Below are positions 37,153 through 47,226 of a DNA stretch of 48,055 nucleotides, one piece after another; the stretch's first letter is position 1, and every line of letters starts with the position of its first letter. Position numbers and translations under genes: made by a program. The notes under the pieces are model-generated. The model worked only from the letters and a program-made list of their open reading frames with translations. It searched no databases and was not told where the DNA came from. The DNA comes from Bacteroidales bacterium (GTDB taxonomy: Bacteria; Bacteroidota; Bacteroidia; Bacteroidales; JACABE01), in assembly GCA_023251515.1 (NCBI GenBank), contig JAHEYQ010000007.1, positions 50,363-98,417 of the forward strand. The letters run 5' to 3'.

Positions 37153-38325
37153 ATGAACAATATTAAAAAAATCAACATTCTTATATTCCTTATCGGAATT
37201 TATCTGCTGCCGCTTAATGCCCAAAAACCCGAAAAGGTGTATTCCATTGTAAAACAAATAAAATCAATCGACTGGTACCGCACTCAGGCAAAACTCTGGA
37301 AACAGGAAATTGCCAAAGATACTGCCAACGAAACCGCATGGATAAATTATTATGCAGCCAATCGAATGGCAAGAATGACAGATGCCGGATTGTGGAATAA
37401 AGAAAAAGGGGATTATTTTCTCGATTTAAAGACCATAGTGAGCAAAGCTGAAAAAGCCATTCCCGAAACCTATGAGTTTTATCATATGAATGTATGGGAT
37501 AAGGGAATTTACGACATAAAACAGGCCGATTTTATGTTCAAAGCTATGAAAATGTATCCCGACCGCATGGATATGATAAGTAATTATGTAAACTATTACG
37601 AAATAAACCGCGATAAGGAAAATATGAAGAAATATTGCAGCAAATGGTTTAGCAGCAACGAAATTTCGCCGGGAATACTGGCTTATAATTATAATGTATT
37701 AAGCACTTTAGAAGACAATGCCATTATTTTTACCAATGGCGACAACGATACCTATCCGCTCTGGATACTGCAATATGCCAAAGGTATAAAAAAGGAAGTA
37801 AGTGTTTTTAATGTAAGTTTGCTGCAGATAGATAGCTACAGAGATAAATTGTTTGCCGAAATCAGAATACCGGCTTTCGATACCGCAAAATTTATGAAAA
37901 CCTATAAAACAGAAATGGATTATCCACAGGCAATTATCCGTCACATTATCCAGAATACCGATCGGCCGGTGTATATGGCTTCAACCATGAGCAATGAATA
38001 TTACAAAGAATTTGAAAAAGACCTTTATCTTACCGGATTGGCTTTCCGCTACAGCAAATCGGATATAGACAATACGGCCTTTATCAGAAAAAATTATGAA
38101 AAAAACTTCCTTCTTGATTATATAAAGATTAATTTTACAAATGATTTGTCGGAAACGGTAGTAGCTCAGATGAATATGGGTTATCTGCCGGTATTATTCA
38201 AATTGTATGAACATTATGGATTGACAGGCGAAACCGAAAAAAGAGCAGAAGTTAAAAAACTTGCAGCAATAATTTCAGCAGCAGCAGATAAAGAAACAGA
38301 AGTAATGCCCTGGTTCGAAAAATAG
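37153..38325 (+). CDS. Secreted hypothetical protein, first gene of a putative operon with the ECF sigma/anti-sigma genes
   Basis: Signal peptide MNNIKKINILIFLIGIYLLPLNAQ. 390 aa with no recognised catalytic motif. Only 5 nt precede the sigma-factor start. Confidence 0.5.
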   Translation: MNNIKKINILIFLIGIYLLPLNAQKPEKVYSIVKQIKSIDWYRTQAKLWKQEIAKDTANETAWINYYAANRMARMTDAGLWNKEKGDYFLDLKTIVSKAEKAIPETYEFYHMNVWDKGIYDIKQADFMFKAMKMYPDRMDMISNYVNYYEINRDKENMKKYCSKWFSSNEISPGILAYNYNVLSTLEDNAIIFTNGDNDTYPLWILQYAKGIKKEVSVFNVSLLQIDSYRDKLFAEIRIPAFDTAKFMKTYKTEMDYPQAIIRHIIQNTDRPVYMASTMSNEYYKEFEKDLYLTGLAFRYSKSDIDNTAFIRKNYEKNFLLDYIKINFTNDLSETVVAQMNMGYLPVLFKLYEHYGLTGETEKRAEVKKLAAIISAAADKETEVMPWFEK

Positions 38326-38330
38326 CAGGA

Positions 38331-38909
38331 ATGGGAATTTTTCAGAAAAACTACACAAAGTACAGCATAACAGAGCTGATGCAATTCGTCAGAAGCGGAA
38401 ACAAAGCCGCTTTTGATGAATTGTATAACAGATATGCCCAAAAAATGCTGATGTTTTTTTACCGTATGCTTGCCAATGATAAAGATAAGGCTCAGGATTT
38501 TACCCACGATTTGTTTCTGAAAATTATAGAAAAACCCGAACTTTATGATACAAACCGTAGTTTCGATACATGGATTTTTACACTGGCCTACAATATGTGC
38601 AAAAACGAATATAAAAAACTCAAAATCCGTCAGGAACATCAGAAAGAACAACAACTTACGGCAGAAAATACAGTTTATATAAATGATGGTTTCGACAAGG
38701 AACTTTATCGCAAACAACTCGAGCAGCATCTGCAGCAAATGGACGAAGAACACAAAAGCATTATTATCCTTCGTTTCGAAGAAGAACTCAGTGTAAAAGA
38801 AATTGCTCAGATAGTAAATTGCCCGGAAGGAACCGTAAAATCCAGAATTTTTTACACCTTGCAGGCGCTGTCAGTCAAATTATCCGTCTTTAATCCATTA
38901 AACAATTAA
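38331..38909 (+). CDS. RNA polymerase ECF-type sigma-70 factor
   Basis: Region 2 (DFTHDLFLKII...SFDTWIFTLAYNMCKNEYKK) and region 4 HTH (ILRFEEELSVKEIAQIVNCPEGTVKSRIFYTLQAL). Confidence 0.85.
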   Translation: MGIFQKNYTKYSITELMQFVRSGNKAAFDELYNRYAQKMLMFFYRMLANDKDKAQDFTHDLFLKIIEKPELYDTNRSFDTWIFTLAYNMCKNEYKKLKIRQEHQKEQQLTAENTVYINDGFDKELYRKQLEQHLQQMDEEHKSIIILRFEEELSVKEIAQIVNCPEGTVKSRIFYTLQALSVKLSVFNPLNN

Positions 38910-38914
38910 GCCTT

Positions 38915-39550
38915 ATGCAAAAAGATATATTTCAACAGATTCCCGATTTCGACCAATTGCTCGAAACCAAAACTTTTGATGAATTAAGCATTTCTGAAAA
39001 AGAAAAGGTATTGCAACATATTAGCCCCGAAGACTATGAACAATACCGGAATGCTTTTTTTATGCTAAAAACCGGAATAAATCAACAGCAATTAAAACCC
39101 GATATGCTAAGAAAAAAAGCTTTAATGCAGGCTTTCGACCAAAAACACAGCCACAAATCCGATACATTTATAATGCGGTTTGTCAATTATAAAATACCAC
39201 TATATCAGACTGGTATTGCAGCTGCTTTGATACTGGCTTTTGTATGGTTTTTTAATAATCCTGCCGAAAAAATCAAATATGTGAATACCACCGATACAGT
39301 TTATGTGGAAAAACCGGTTTATGCCGAAGTGGTGAAAAATCAGGATGTTATTGATGACATTAAACCTACACAGAAAACATCAGTAAAACAAGCAAGCAAA
39401 AAAACCTTACCAACAGAAAAACCCAATTATTACAAAGAATATCTGGCAAATAATATTTTATCGAAAATACAGAGTGTTCACCAAATGAAACGAGGCAATA
39501 ATATAGGTAAAGATTCGGTTCTGCTGGCATGGATAATGCCTGTAAGGTAG
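38915..39550 (+). CDS. Putative anti-sigma factor (single-pass membrane protein)
   Basis: Follows the sigma gene after 5 nt. One central TM helix (IAAALILAFVWFF). Typical ECF anti-sigma architecture. Confidence 0.55.
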   Translation: MQKDIFQQIPDFDQLLETKTFDELSISEKEKVLQHISPEDYEQYRNAFFMLKTGINQQQLKPDMLRKKALMQAFDQKHSHKSDTFIMRFVNYKIPLYQTGIAAALILAFVWFFNNPAEKIKYVNTTDTVYVEKPVYAEVVKNQDVIDDIKPTQKTSVKQASKKTLPTEKPNYYKEYLANNILSKIQSVHQMKRGNNIGKDSVLLAWIMPVR

Positions 39551-39748
39551 TTGTTTGTAATTTTTACTAACCATAAAAGTAACATCTTAATCAGAATTTA
39601 TTATTCTAAAAGGAAATAATATATTTGCAAGTTATATTATAAATTCAAACAATTATTAATAAAAACAAAAGAATATGTATTCAAAAGAATTGATTCTGTT
39701 TTATGTTTTTGTGGAAATTTACAAGCAAAATTAAGATTAACTCGAAGA

Positions 39749-39910
39749 GTTTAATTTACATAACCCCCAATTTTATTGGGGGAAAGAAAGTAAATACGTG
39801 CATAACCCTTTAGGGTTGAATTATTTATTTGATAGTTCAACCCTAAAGGGTTGTTGCTTTTAAAAAGCTTTATAACCCCCAATATTATTGGGGGTTATGT
39901 AAATTCAGTC
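39749..39910. mobile_element. ~160-bp nested inverted-repeat element (MITE/REP-like)
   Basis: Outer arms AATTTACATAACCCCCAAT ... ATTGGGGGTTATGTAAATT. Two internal CCCCCAAT-(T/A)TTA-TTGGGGG hairpins. Central inverted pair CAACCCTTTAGGGTTGAA / TTCAACCCTAAAGGGTTG. Confidence 0.55.
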
Positions 39911-40185
39911 CTACTGACTGTTTTGTTACAATATTCATTTTTCCACAGAACTTTTTAAATTAAAACTAATACAAAAGAAATGTAATTCTCTTGATTTTGT
40001 ATCAGATGGAATAAAAATTTCTGATTAAAAAATTAGTTTTATTGTATACACTAAAATAGTTAGTGTTGATACAAATAATGTTGATTGTCAGATTAAAAGA
40101 CCAAAACCGAAAACAAATATGAAAATTATTGTTTCTAATTTTGGAAACTTTTTTATCTTTGTAGCGTTAAACAAGACAATATTGT

Positions 40186-40527
40186 ATGAGATATTTCGAG
40201 ACAAAATTTTTAGAAGAAGCAAACGAGTTCATTTCGCATCTCGACTCTAAGAATATTAAGAAAATCTTTTACAATATTGACCTTGCAGAACAGACAAATG
40301 ATCCAAAACTTTTTAAGAAACTACAAAATGACATTTGGGAGTTTCGGACAAAGTTTGCAGGACTTCAAATCAGACTTCTTGCATTTTGGGACAAAACAGA
40401 TAACAAAGAAACCTTGGTAATAGCAACCCACGGTTTCATAAAGAGAGTTGACAAAGTTCCGGCAAACGAAATAGACCGGGCAGTAAGGCTGAAGGATAAA
40501 TATTTTGATAAAAAACAAAAAAAGTAA
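40186..40527 (+). CDS. Type II toxin-antitoxin system toxin, RelE/HigB (phage Gp49-like) family
   Basis: IWEFRTKFAGLQIRLLAFWDKTDNKETLVIATHGFIKRVDKVPANEIDRA matches the Gp49/HigB-like killer-protein pattern. 113 aa. Confidence 0.7.
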   Translation: MRYFETKFLEEANEFISHLDSKNIKKIFYNIDLAEQTNDPKLFKKLQNDIWEFRTKFAGLQIRLLAFWDKTDNKETLVIATHGFIKRVDKVPANEIDRAVRLKDKYFDKKQKK

Positions 40528-40531
40528 TTAT

Positions 40532-40858
40532 ATGGCAACTAAAGAATTAAAGACTTACACTCTTGCCGAGATGAAAGACAAGTATATCGGAAAAGTTGGG
40601 ACAACAGAACGCGACGAATATGAATATGAACTTCGTATGGACGTTTTAGGAAAGATGATTAAAGCTGCCCGACAAGAAAGAAACTTGACACAAGAAGAGC
40701 TTGGACGACTTGTAGGAGTTCAGAAAGCTCAAATTTCAAAACTTGAAAACAGTACCAACAGTGCTACAATTGATACTATTTTGAAAGTTTTCAGAGCATT
40801 GAAAGCAGAAATCAACTTTAACATAAAACTTGAAGACAACTTTGTTAAACTTAGCTAA
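40532..40858 (+). CDS. XRE-family HTH antitoxin (HigA-like)
   Basis: Start placed at MATKELK, 4 nt after the toxin stop. HTH LTQEELGRLVGVQKAQISKLENS. Confidence 0.7.
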   Translation: MATKELKTYTLAEMKDKYIGKVGTTERDEYEYELRMDVLGKMIKAARQERNLTQEELGRLVGVQKAQISKLENSTNSATIDTILKVFRALKAEINFNIKLEDNFVKLS

Positions 40859-40931
40859 CAGAAAAGAATACCGGGTGCACAATATTCACTTATCGCAACA
40901 ACTGCTTAAGTGGTTAAATCAGGTGCAGTAC

Positions 40932-41630
40932 TTACCTCTCTAACAACCTGAAACCATTGCCATGCAGATTCATAATTTCGATATTACTGTCATCTTTAAA
41001 TAATTTGCGGAGTTTGGTAATATACACATCCATGCTTCGGGTTGTGAAATAGTTATCATCGCCCCAAATGGTTTTCAGAGCCAGTTCGCGGGGTAGCAGA
41101 TTATCCTGATGCAAAAAAAGCAATCGTAGCAATTCGGCTTCTTTTGGCGACAAATTGTAAATTCTTTCGCCATCATAAACTTCTCTCAACTTGTATTTAA
41201 ACAAATATTTACCTATACTGAAGTCCTGCTGTACTTCAGTTTTAGCCCCCTCGAAATGATGCTGGGCTTTAAATATTGCTTTTATTTTGAAAAGAAAAAT
41301 TTCGGTATCGAAAGGTTTGGTTATATAATCGAAAGCACCCAGCTTATAGCCTTCGAGTATATCTTCCTTAAGCGTTTTGGAAGTTAAAAACACAAAAGGA
41401 ATATCGGGATTTATTTTTGTTATTTCTTTAGCCAGCTCAAAACCATCCATATAAGGCAGCATTACATCCAGAATGCAAAGGCTGAAACGTTCTTTGATAA
41501 ATGCCGACAAACCCTGATTGCCATCAGTTTTCAGAACAACCTCGTAATCGCTTAATTGTAAATATGATTTCAGTACCGAACCAAAATTAACATCATCTTC
41601 TACCAGTAGTATTCTTTCTTTATTTTGCAT
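40932..41630 (-). CDS. OmpR-family two-component response regulator
   Basis: Receiver domain (ILLVEDDVNFG...LCILDVMLPYMDG) and winged-helix trans_reg_C output domain. Confidence 0.9.
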   Translation of the reverse strand: MQNKERILLVEDDVNFGSVLKSYLQLSDYEVVLKTDGNQGLSAFIKERFSLCILDVMLPYMDGFELAKEITKINPDIPFVFLTSKTLKEDILEGYKLGAFDYITKPFDTEIFLFKIKAIFKAQHHFEGAKTEVQQDFSIGKYLFKYKLREVYDGERIYNLSPKEAELLRLLFLHQDNLLPRELALKTIWGDDNYFTTRSMDVYITKLRKLFKDDSNIEIMNLHGNGFRLLER

Positions 41631-43197
41631 GGTTATCCTTATTTATTAATGGCAAAATTACATCAAAACAACTTCCTTTACCCAATTCACTTTTCACTTT
41701 AATATCTCCGTTATGCGCCATCACTATGGCTTTTACATAGCTTAATCCCAAACCGAAACCTTTTACATTGTGCACATTACCTTTGGCTACACGATAGAAT
41801 TTATCGAATATTTTTGACAAGTGTTCTTTTGACATACCAATACCATTATCGCTGACTGAAACGATTACTTTTTGCTGGTAAATAATGGTTTTAATACGTA
41901 TTTCGGGCGAAGTTTCAGTATATTTAATGGCATTTTCGAGCAAATTAATAAAAATATTAAGCAGATGGTTGTAATCTCCGTTTATTTCAACTGCTTTATC
42001 AGCAAAATCGTCAAGAATTTTCCCATGTTTGCTTTCTGCCTGAAGCTTTATTTTTGAGATGGCATCTTTCAGCAATGTATGTAAATCAATGTTTTCGGGT
42101 TTCAGGTTAAATTCTTTTTTCTCGAGCAAAGCCATTTGCAGCACATGTTCTACATGGGTATTCATACGCTGGTTTTCTTCTTTTATAATACGTACAAAAT
42201 CCGTTATCTGAGTTTTATCACTAATTACCTTTTCGTTGATTATGGCATCGGAAGCAAGTGAAATAGTTGCAATGGGAGTTTTAAACTCATGTGTCATATT
42301 ATTTATAAAATCCGTTTTTACATCCGATAGTTTTTTTTGCCTGATGATGTATAAAATGGTATAAATAAAAGTAGCCACAATTACCGAACTGAATAAGAAA
42401 GAAGCAATCAGCATAATCCACATGCTTCCGATAATATAATTCTGTTTCCCGCTAAATGTAAGCAACAGATAGTCGGGTTTGTTGATGAGGTCGTTTGGAA
42501 ATAGATTTACTTTATAGCTTTCGTTTTTGTGGGTTTTATCCGATTTGCTTGCTTCGGCTTTATTGCATATCTGAAATTCGAAAGGAAGATTAATATTTTG
42601 TTCTTTAAACTCCAGATTAAGGAGTTTTGTCAGTTCTTCTTTGTCAATTCTTTGCAAAACCGACGAATTTCTATTGGTGTATTCCATCACCATCTGATCA
42701 ACAATTTTCAGAAAATTATTTTTCTCCTGATTATCTGACGATGATTGCTTATTGCTTTTATTATCAGCAAACTTGATAATGGTTTTTGTTTTCAGTTTTT
42801 GAGGTAAACTATCTTCATTTATTTTTATAGAACAGCAATCTTTATTAATTACGATTTTAATTTTGTCTTTGCACTGGTTTTCATCTTCTTTTTCCGATTC
42901 ATCAAAAAATTTTAAAGATTGAATCAAGGTATCAGTAAAATTATCAATTTTATCAGTAATAATTCTGTTTATCATACCTTTGCTATCGATAGAACTGGTA
43001 ATAAATGTAACAACATCCTGCTTATTGAGTTTATCAACGGCTTTGTTCATCGCTTCAAGGCAGGATCTGTCGAATTGTTCTTGCTTCAGTTGATAGGCGT
43101 TGCTTATCCATTTTATCTGAAAACCAATAATTACAACTAAACAAATCAGTTGAAGTATGATGATTATTTTTATTTTTTTACTACTCATAAATATCAA
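41620..43197 (-). CDS. Sensor histidine kinase (HisKA + HATPase_c) with N-terminal TM/periplasmic sensor region
   Basis: H-box NMTHEFKTPIATISLASDAI. N/G boxes (LLENAIKYT, SDNGIGM, GFGLGLSYVK). Two TM helices. 11-nt overlap with the regulator gene. Confidence 0.9.
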   Translation of the reverse strand: MIFMSSKKIKIIIILQLICLVVIIGFQIKWISNAYQLKQEQFDRSCLEAMNKAVDKLNKQDVVTFITSSIDSKGMINRIITDKIDNFTDTLIQSLKFFDESEKEDENQCKDKIKIVINKDCCSIKINEDSLPQKLKTKTIIKFADNKSNKQSSSDNQEKNNFLKIVDQMVMEYTNRNSSVLQRIDKEELTKLLNLEFKEQNINLPFEFQICNKAEASKSDKTHKNESYKVNLFPNDLINKPDYLLLTFSGKQNYIIGSMWIMLIASFLFSSVIVATFIYTILYIIRQKKLSDVKTDFINNMTHEFKTPIATISLASDAIINEKVISDKTQITDFVRIIKEENQRMNTHVEHVLQMALLEKKEFNLKPENIDLHTLLKDAISKIKLQAESKHGKILDDFADKAVEINGDYNHLLNIFINLLENAIKYTETSPEIRIKTIIYQQKVIVSVSDNGIGMSKEHLSKIFDKFYRVAKGNVHNVKGFGLGLSYVKAIVMAHNGDIKVKSELGKGSCFDVILPLINKDNHAK

Positions 43198-43462
43198 ATA
43201 TGAAATACAAAAATAAACAATTATCTGCTACATTCTTAATAGTTTAACCTATGTTAAGTGAGTTTTAACTTTTCTTTAAGGTGGCTCACTATCATACTGC
43301 ATGAATAGCAATTGTTTTTATAAATGCAAAGTAATAAGGCAATTAAACTTTAACTTTGCTTTCAGGATTTTTAAGGCAGGTTTAACCCATGTAAGAGCTT
43401 AGTTGATATAATTTTGTGAAAAAATATTCAAACAATTTTATTAATTAAATACATATTTAAAA

Positions 43463-44353
43463 ATGAAAACTCAGATTAAAAATTTACTGCAATCCGGAAT
43501 ATTAATTCTCATATTGGTAACCTCAGTTCTGAATCCGGTAAAAGCTCAGGAAAAAAAGAAAGAAACAGTTCGCATTAAAGTAATTTGCAGCGAAAATGGT
43601 AACCAGACTACTTTAGACACTACATTTACAAACAACAATATGGATATAAGCAGCATTATAAACAATCTGAACATACCCGGTTGCGGTGGATCAATCGGAG
43701 ATGTGAACATAGATTCGATTGTAAATGTGGCATTAAGTGCAATAAATTTAGATAGCATTGTTGAAAGTATAAACGATGATTCAAACGAAGACGATGTAAT
43801 GATTATAAATGAAAACGAAGACGAAAACAGCGGTAAAAAATGCAAAATGATCCGCATAAAAATGGATGGCGATTTTAAAACAGATTCTTCTTATTCATTT
43901 GTTTTTAATGATTTGGATTCCTTAATTGATAAAGAAGCTGTTAAGGTAATTATTAAAGACTTTGATAATAATGATGAATCGGGAAATAAGGTTATAAAAA
44001 AGAAAATAGTGATATGCAAAATCCTTATGCTCGAAACTGATAAAACGGATAATCAAATAATAAAAAAGTCGGTTAAAAACATTGATAACAATACGTTGGA
44101 AGTTGAAAAGATGTCATTTTATCCGAATCCTACATCGGGAAAATTCAAGCTTGATTTTTCACTTGAATCAGAACAGGATGTAAAAATTAAAATATTGGAT
44201 GCGGCCGGAAAAGAAGTTTATAACGAGGAATTGAAAGATTTTTCGGGTTGGTATTCAAAAGAAATAGATATTTCGGGTAACAAAAAAGGAGTTTATTTTA
44301 TAATTATCAATCAGGGAGATAAGTATAAATCGAAAAAAATAGTATTGGAATAG
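43463..44353 (+). CDS. Secreted acidic (Asp/Asn-rich) protein with T9SS C-terminal sorting domain
   Basis: Signal peptide. C-terminal MSFYPNPTSGKFKLDFSLESEQDVKIKILDAAGKEVY...GVYFIIINQG matches the Por CTD. Confidence 0.7.
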   Translation: MKTQIKNLLQSGILILILVTSVLNPVKAQEKKKETVRIKVICSENGNQTTLDTTFTNNNMDISSIINNLNIPGCGGSIGDVNIDSIVNVALSAINLDSIVESINDDSNEDDVMIINENEDENSGKKCKMIRIKMDGDFKTDSSYSFVFNDLDSLIDKEAVKVIIKDFDNNDESGNKVIKKKIVICKILMLETDKTDNQIIKKSVKNIDNNTLEVEKMSFYPNPTSGKFKLDFSLESEQDVKIKILDAAGKEVYNEELKDFSGWYSKEIDISGNKKGVYFIIINQGDKYKSKKIVLE

Positions 44354-44377
44354 AAATTATCAGGATTAAAAGAAGAA

Positions 44378-44411
44378 AGGCTGATTCTATTAAGAGTCAG
44401 CCTTTTTTTAT
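44378..44411 (+). terminator. Rho-independent terminator
   Basis: AGGCTGATTCT-ATTA-AGAGTCAGCCT stem (1 mismatch) followed by T8. Confidence 0.6.
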
Positions 44412-44599
44412 TAAAAAATATTTTTTGAATTTATCTGCTAATATTGGTAATTTTTATACATTTGTTGGCTGATAGATTTTAAGTAATTTCATTGTATGAA
44501 TATTGTTTATAATTTATTAGAATACAAATAAATAAATCACAAAAACAGAATAATATTTGTAAGCAATTTGAAAATTTATTAATTAAAAAATAAAAAATT

Positions 44600-46564
44600 A
44601 TGGCAAACTATTTATTAAATTATTGGTGGGTATTAGTAATTATACTCAGTCTTGTATTATACAAATTTATTTTTCGTTTTCTTTTGGGAATGGTCATCGT
44701 TCCGGAGGACAAGATAGGGCTGGTAACCAAAAAGTTTGTGCTTATAGGCGCAAACAAAGAACTACCCGATGGCAGAATTATTGCAACTTTGGGAGAAGCC
44801 GGATTTCAGGCAAAATCATTGGCTCCGGGATTATATTTCTGGAAATGGGTTTGGCAATATGACATTACCATGGAATCTTTTACAATAATACCTGAAGGAC
44901 AAATTGGTCTGGTATTGGCAAGAGACGGTTCAGAAATTCCGACCGGAAATATTTTGGCACAACGAGTTGATAGTGATAATTTTCAGGATGCAGAGAAATT
45001 TCTTTCAAATGGCGGACAACGAGGTCGTCAGGTAAATTATATAACCGCTGGTTCTTATCGTATTAATACCATGCTTTTTCAGGTTTCGGTTACCGATATG
45101 ATTCGTATTCAGGAAAGTATGGTTGGAATTGTAACTACATTGGATGGTCTTCCTATTGAAGCTGGCCAGATTGCAGGTAAACTAATTGATAACCATAATA
45201 ATTTTCAGAACTTTGATAGCTTTATCAAGAATAATGGAAATCGTGGTTTACAACCACAGGTTATCCTTGCCGGATCGTATAATCTTAATCCTTGGGCAAT
45301 TCAGATTGAAGAAATCCCAATGACAGAGATTCCGATTGGTTATGTCGGAGTTGTAATTTCTTATATTGGTCAGGAAGGTAAAGATTTGACTGGTAATGAT
45401 TTTAAACATGGTAATATTGTTGAAAAAGGATTTAAAGGTGTTTGGCTTGAACCACTCGGACCGGGTAAATATCCTATCAATAAATACACCATGAAAGTTG
45501 AACTGGTACCAACTACCAATTTGGTTTTAAATTGGGCTACCGCACGAAGTGAGGCTCATAATCTGGATAAAAATCTTTCAACCATTACAGTACGTTCAAA
45601 GGATGGTTTCCCTTTCAATCTCGATGTAGCACAAATTATTCATGTACCATCTTCAGAAGCCCCAAAAGTGATTGCACGTTTCGGTAATATGGTAAATCTG
45701 GTCTCTCAGGTTTTGGAACCAACCATTGGCAACTATTTCCGCAACTCAGCTCAGGATAGTGATGTTATCGCATTCCTGAGTACCCGTAAAGAACGTCAGG
45801 ATTCTGCCAAAGCTCATATAAAGAAAGTTTTGGACGAATATAATGTAAATGCAGTAGATACACTAATCGGAGATATTGTACCTCCTGAAACACTGATGAA
45901 AACATTAACCGATCGTAAAATTGCTGAAGAACAGAAAATAACTTACGATACTCAGAAAAAAGCTCAGGAAACACGACAAGGGATGGAAAAAGAAACAGCC
46001 ATTGCCGATATGCAAAAAGATATTGTAAAAGCACAACAAAGTGTTGAAATATCGGAACGTACTGCCAATGCAACTGTTAAGAAGGCTGAAGGAGATGCCA
46101 CAAGTGTAAAACTTGCAGTTAGCGCCGAAGCTGAAGCCACAAAAATGCGTGCACATGCCGAAGCTGAATCTACCAGAGCCAGAGCCGAAGCCGAATCGGA
46201 AGCTATAAAACTAAAAGCATCAGCTCAGGCAGAACAGATTTCATTAACAGGTGATGCCGAAGCCGGTAAAATTTTAGCAATCGGTAAATCAACAGCTGAA
46301 GCGTATGAGTTGGCCGTTAAAGCTTTAGGTGGAGAGAACTTTACCCGTTATAAAATTACAGAAGAACTTTCAAAAGGTAATATCAAACTGATACCAGATG
46401 TTTTAATTGGTGGCAATAATTCAAATGGTTCGGCAATTGATGGTCTTTTAGGTTTGAAGCTAATGGAAATGATGGATCCTAACAATAAACAATTGGTATC
46501 TGAAAACAAGCCGGATACAGCAATAAAACCTGTTTCTGATTCAAATAAAAATACCAGAATATAA
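44600..46564 (+). CDS. Flotillin-like SPFH/band-7 family protein
   Basis: N-terminal TM. SPFH domain. C-terminal Ala/Glu-rich coiled coil (AEAESTRARAEAESEAIKLKASAQAEQ) and GGENF tail typical of flotillins (YqiK/FloT-like). Confidence 0.85.
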   Translation: MANYLLNYWWVLVIILSLVLYKFIFRFLLGMVIVPEDKIGLVTKKFVLIGANKELPDGRIIATLGEAGFQAKSLAPGLYFWKWVWQYDITMESFTIIPEGQIGLVLARDGSEIPTGNILAQRVDSDNFQDAEKFLSNGGQRGRQVNYITAGSYRINTMLFQVSVTDMIRIQESMVGIVTTLDGLPIEAGQIAGKLIDNHNNFQNFDSFIKNNGNRGLQPQVILAGSYNLNPWAIQIEEIPMTEIPIGYVGVVISYIGQEGKDLTGNDFKHGNIVEKGFKGVWLEPLGPGKYPINKYTMKVELVPTTNLVLNWATARSEAHNLDKNLSTITVRSKDGFPFNLDVAQIIHVPSSEAPKVIARFGNMVNLVSQVLEPTIGNYFRNSAQDSDVIAFLSTRKERQDSAKAHIKKVLDEYNVNAVDTLIGDIVPPETLMKTLTDRKIAEEQKITYDTQKKAQETRQGMEKETAIADMQKDIVKAQQSVEISERTANATVKKAEGDATSVKLAVSAEAEATKMRAHAEAESTRARAEAESEAIKLKASAQAEQISLTGDAEAGKILAIGKSTAEAYELAVKALGGENFTRYKITEELSKGNIKLIPDVLIGGNNSNGSAIDGLLGLKLMEMMDPNNKQLVSENKPDTAIKPVSDSNKNTRI

Positions 46565-46574
46565 TTGGGATAAT

Positions 46575-46613
46575 AAAAAAGAGGCTTCACATTTTCTGTT
46601 AGGCCTCTTTTTC
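46575..46613. terminator. Bidirectional terminator-like hairpin between convergent genes
   Basis: A6 - AGAGGC...GCCTCT stem - T5. The stem is short with a long loop. Confidence 0.4.
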
Positions 46614-46614
46614 T

Positions 46615-47226
46615 TTATTCTTCAATTCCCTTAATTTTTCTGATCCATTTTTCCTGCGATGGGGGTTGATATTCACGCATTTTCGTCAATAAAATAATTT
46701 CATTTTCATCGTCGAGCATCATTTGTCGGTGAATTGGTTTCATAAATTTTTCTGTTTCCATTTTGTCAACCTGCATTATCAATGCATCATAAAAATGATT
46801 GACATTAAGCAATCCAACCGGTTTTTTATGCAAATCCAATTGAGATGAGGTCATCATTTCGAATAATTCATCTAAAGTACCAAAACCTCCGGGCATGGCA
46901 ATAAATGCATCCGAACGCTCAGCCAGAATAGCTTTGCGTTCTGCCATTGATTTAACATAAATTAGTTCTGTTAGTTGATTATGAGCTATTTCTTTATCAG
47001 AAAAAAAATCAGGAATTACACCAATGGCTTGTCCTCCATGATTTAAAACTTCATCGGCAATAATGCCCATTAATCCTACTTTGGCACCACCATAAACCAA
47101 AGTAATTCCTTCTTTTATAAATAATTGCCCAAGCTTTTTTGCAGCTTCACTATAAATTTTGTTTTCACCTGTGCTAGAACCGCAAAAAACACAGATAGAT
47201 TTTATTTCATTCATCATCATTACCAA
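46615..47226 (-). CDS. LOG-family (TIGR00730) cytokinin riboside 5'-monophosphate phosphoribohydrolase-like Rossmann protein
   Basis: PGGFGTLDELFE motif and GGAKVGLMG. Confidence 0.85.
   Translation of the reverse strand: MVMMMNEIKSICVFCGSSTGENKIYSEAAKKLGQLFIKEGITLVYGGAKVGLMGIIADEVLNHGGQAIGVIPDFFSDKEIAHNQLTELIYVKSMAERKAILAERSDAFIAMPGGFGTLDELFEMMTSSQLDLHKKPVGLLNVNHFYDALIMQVDKMETEKFMKPIHRQMMLDDENEIILLTKMREYQPPSQEKWIRKIKGIEE

Noticed and set aside
43198-43462. Possible tRNA or ncRNA in the spacer upstream of the T9SS protein gene
   Set aside because: No cloverleaf-compatible GC-rich stems or conserved tRNA boxes are visible. It is treated as a promoter region.
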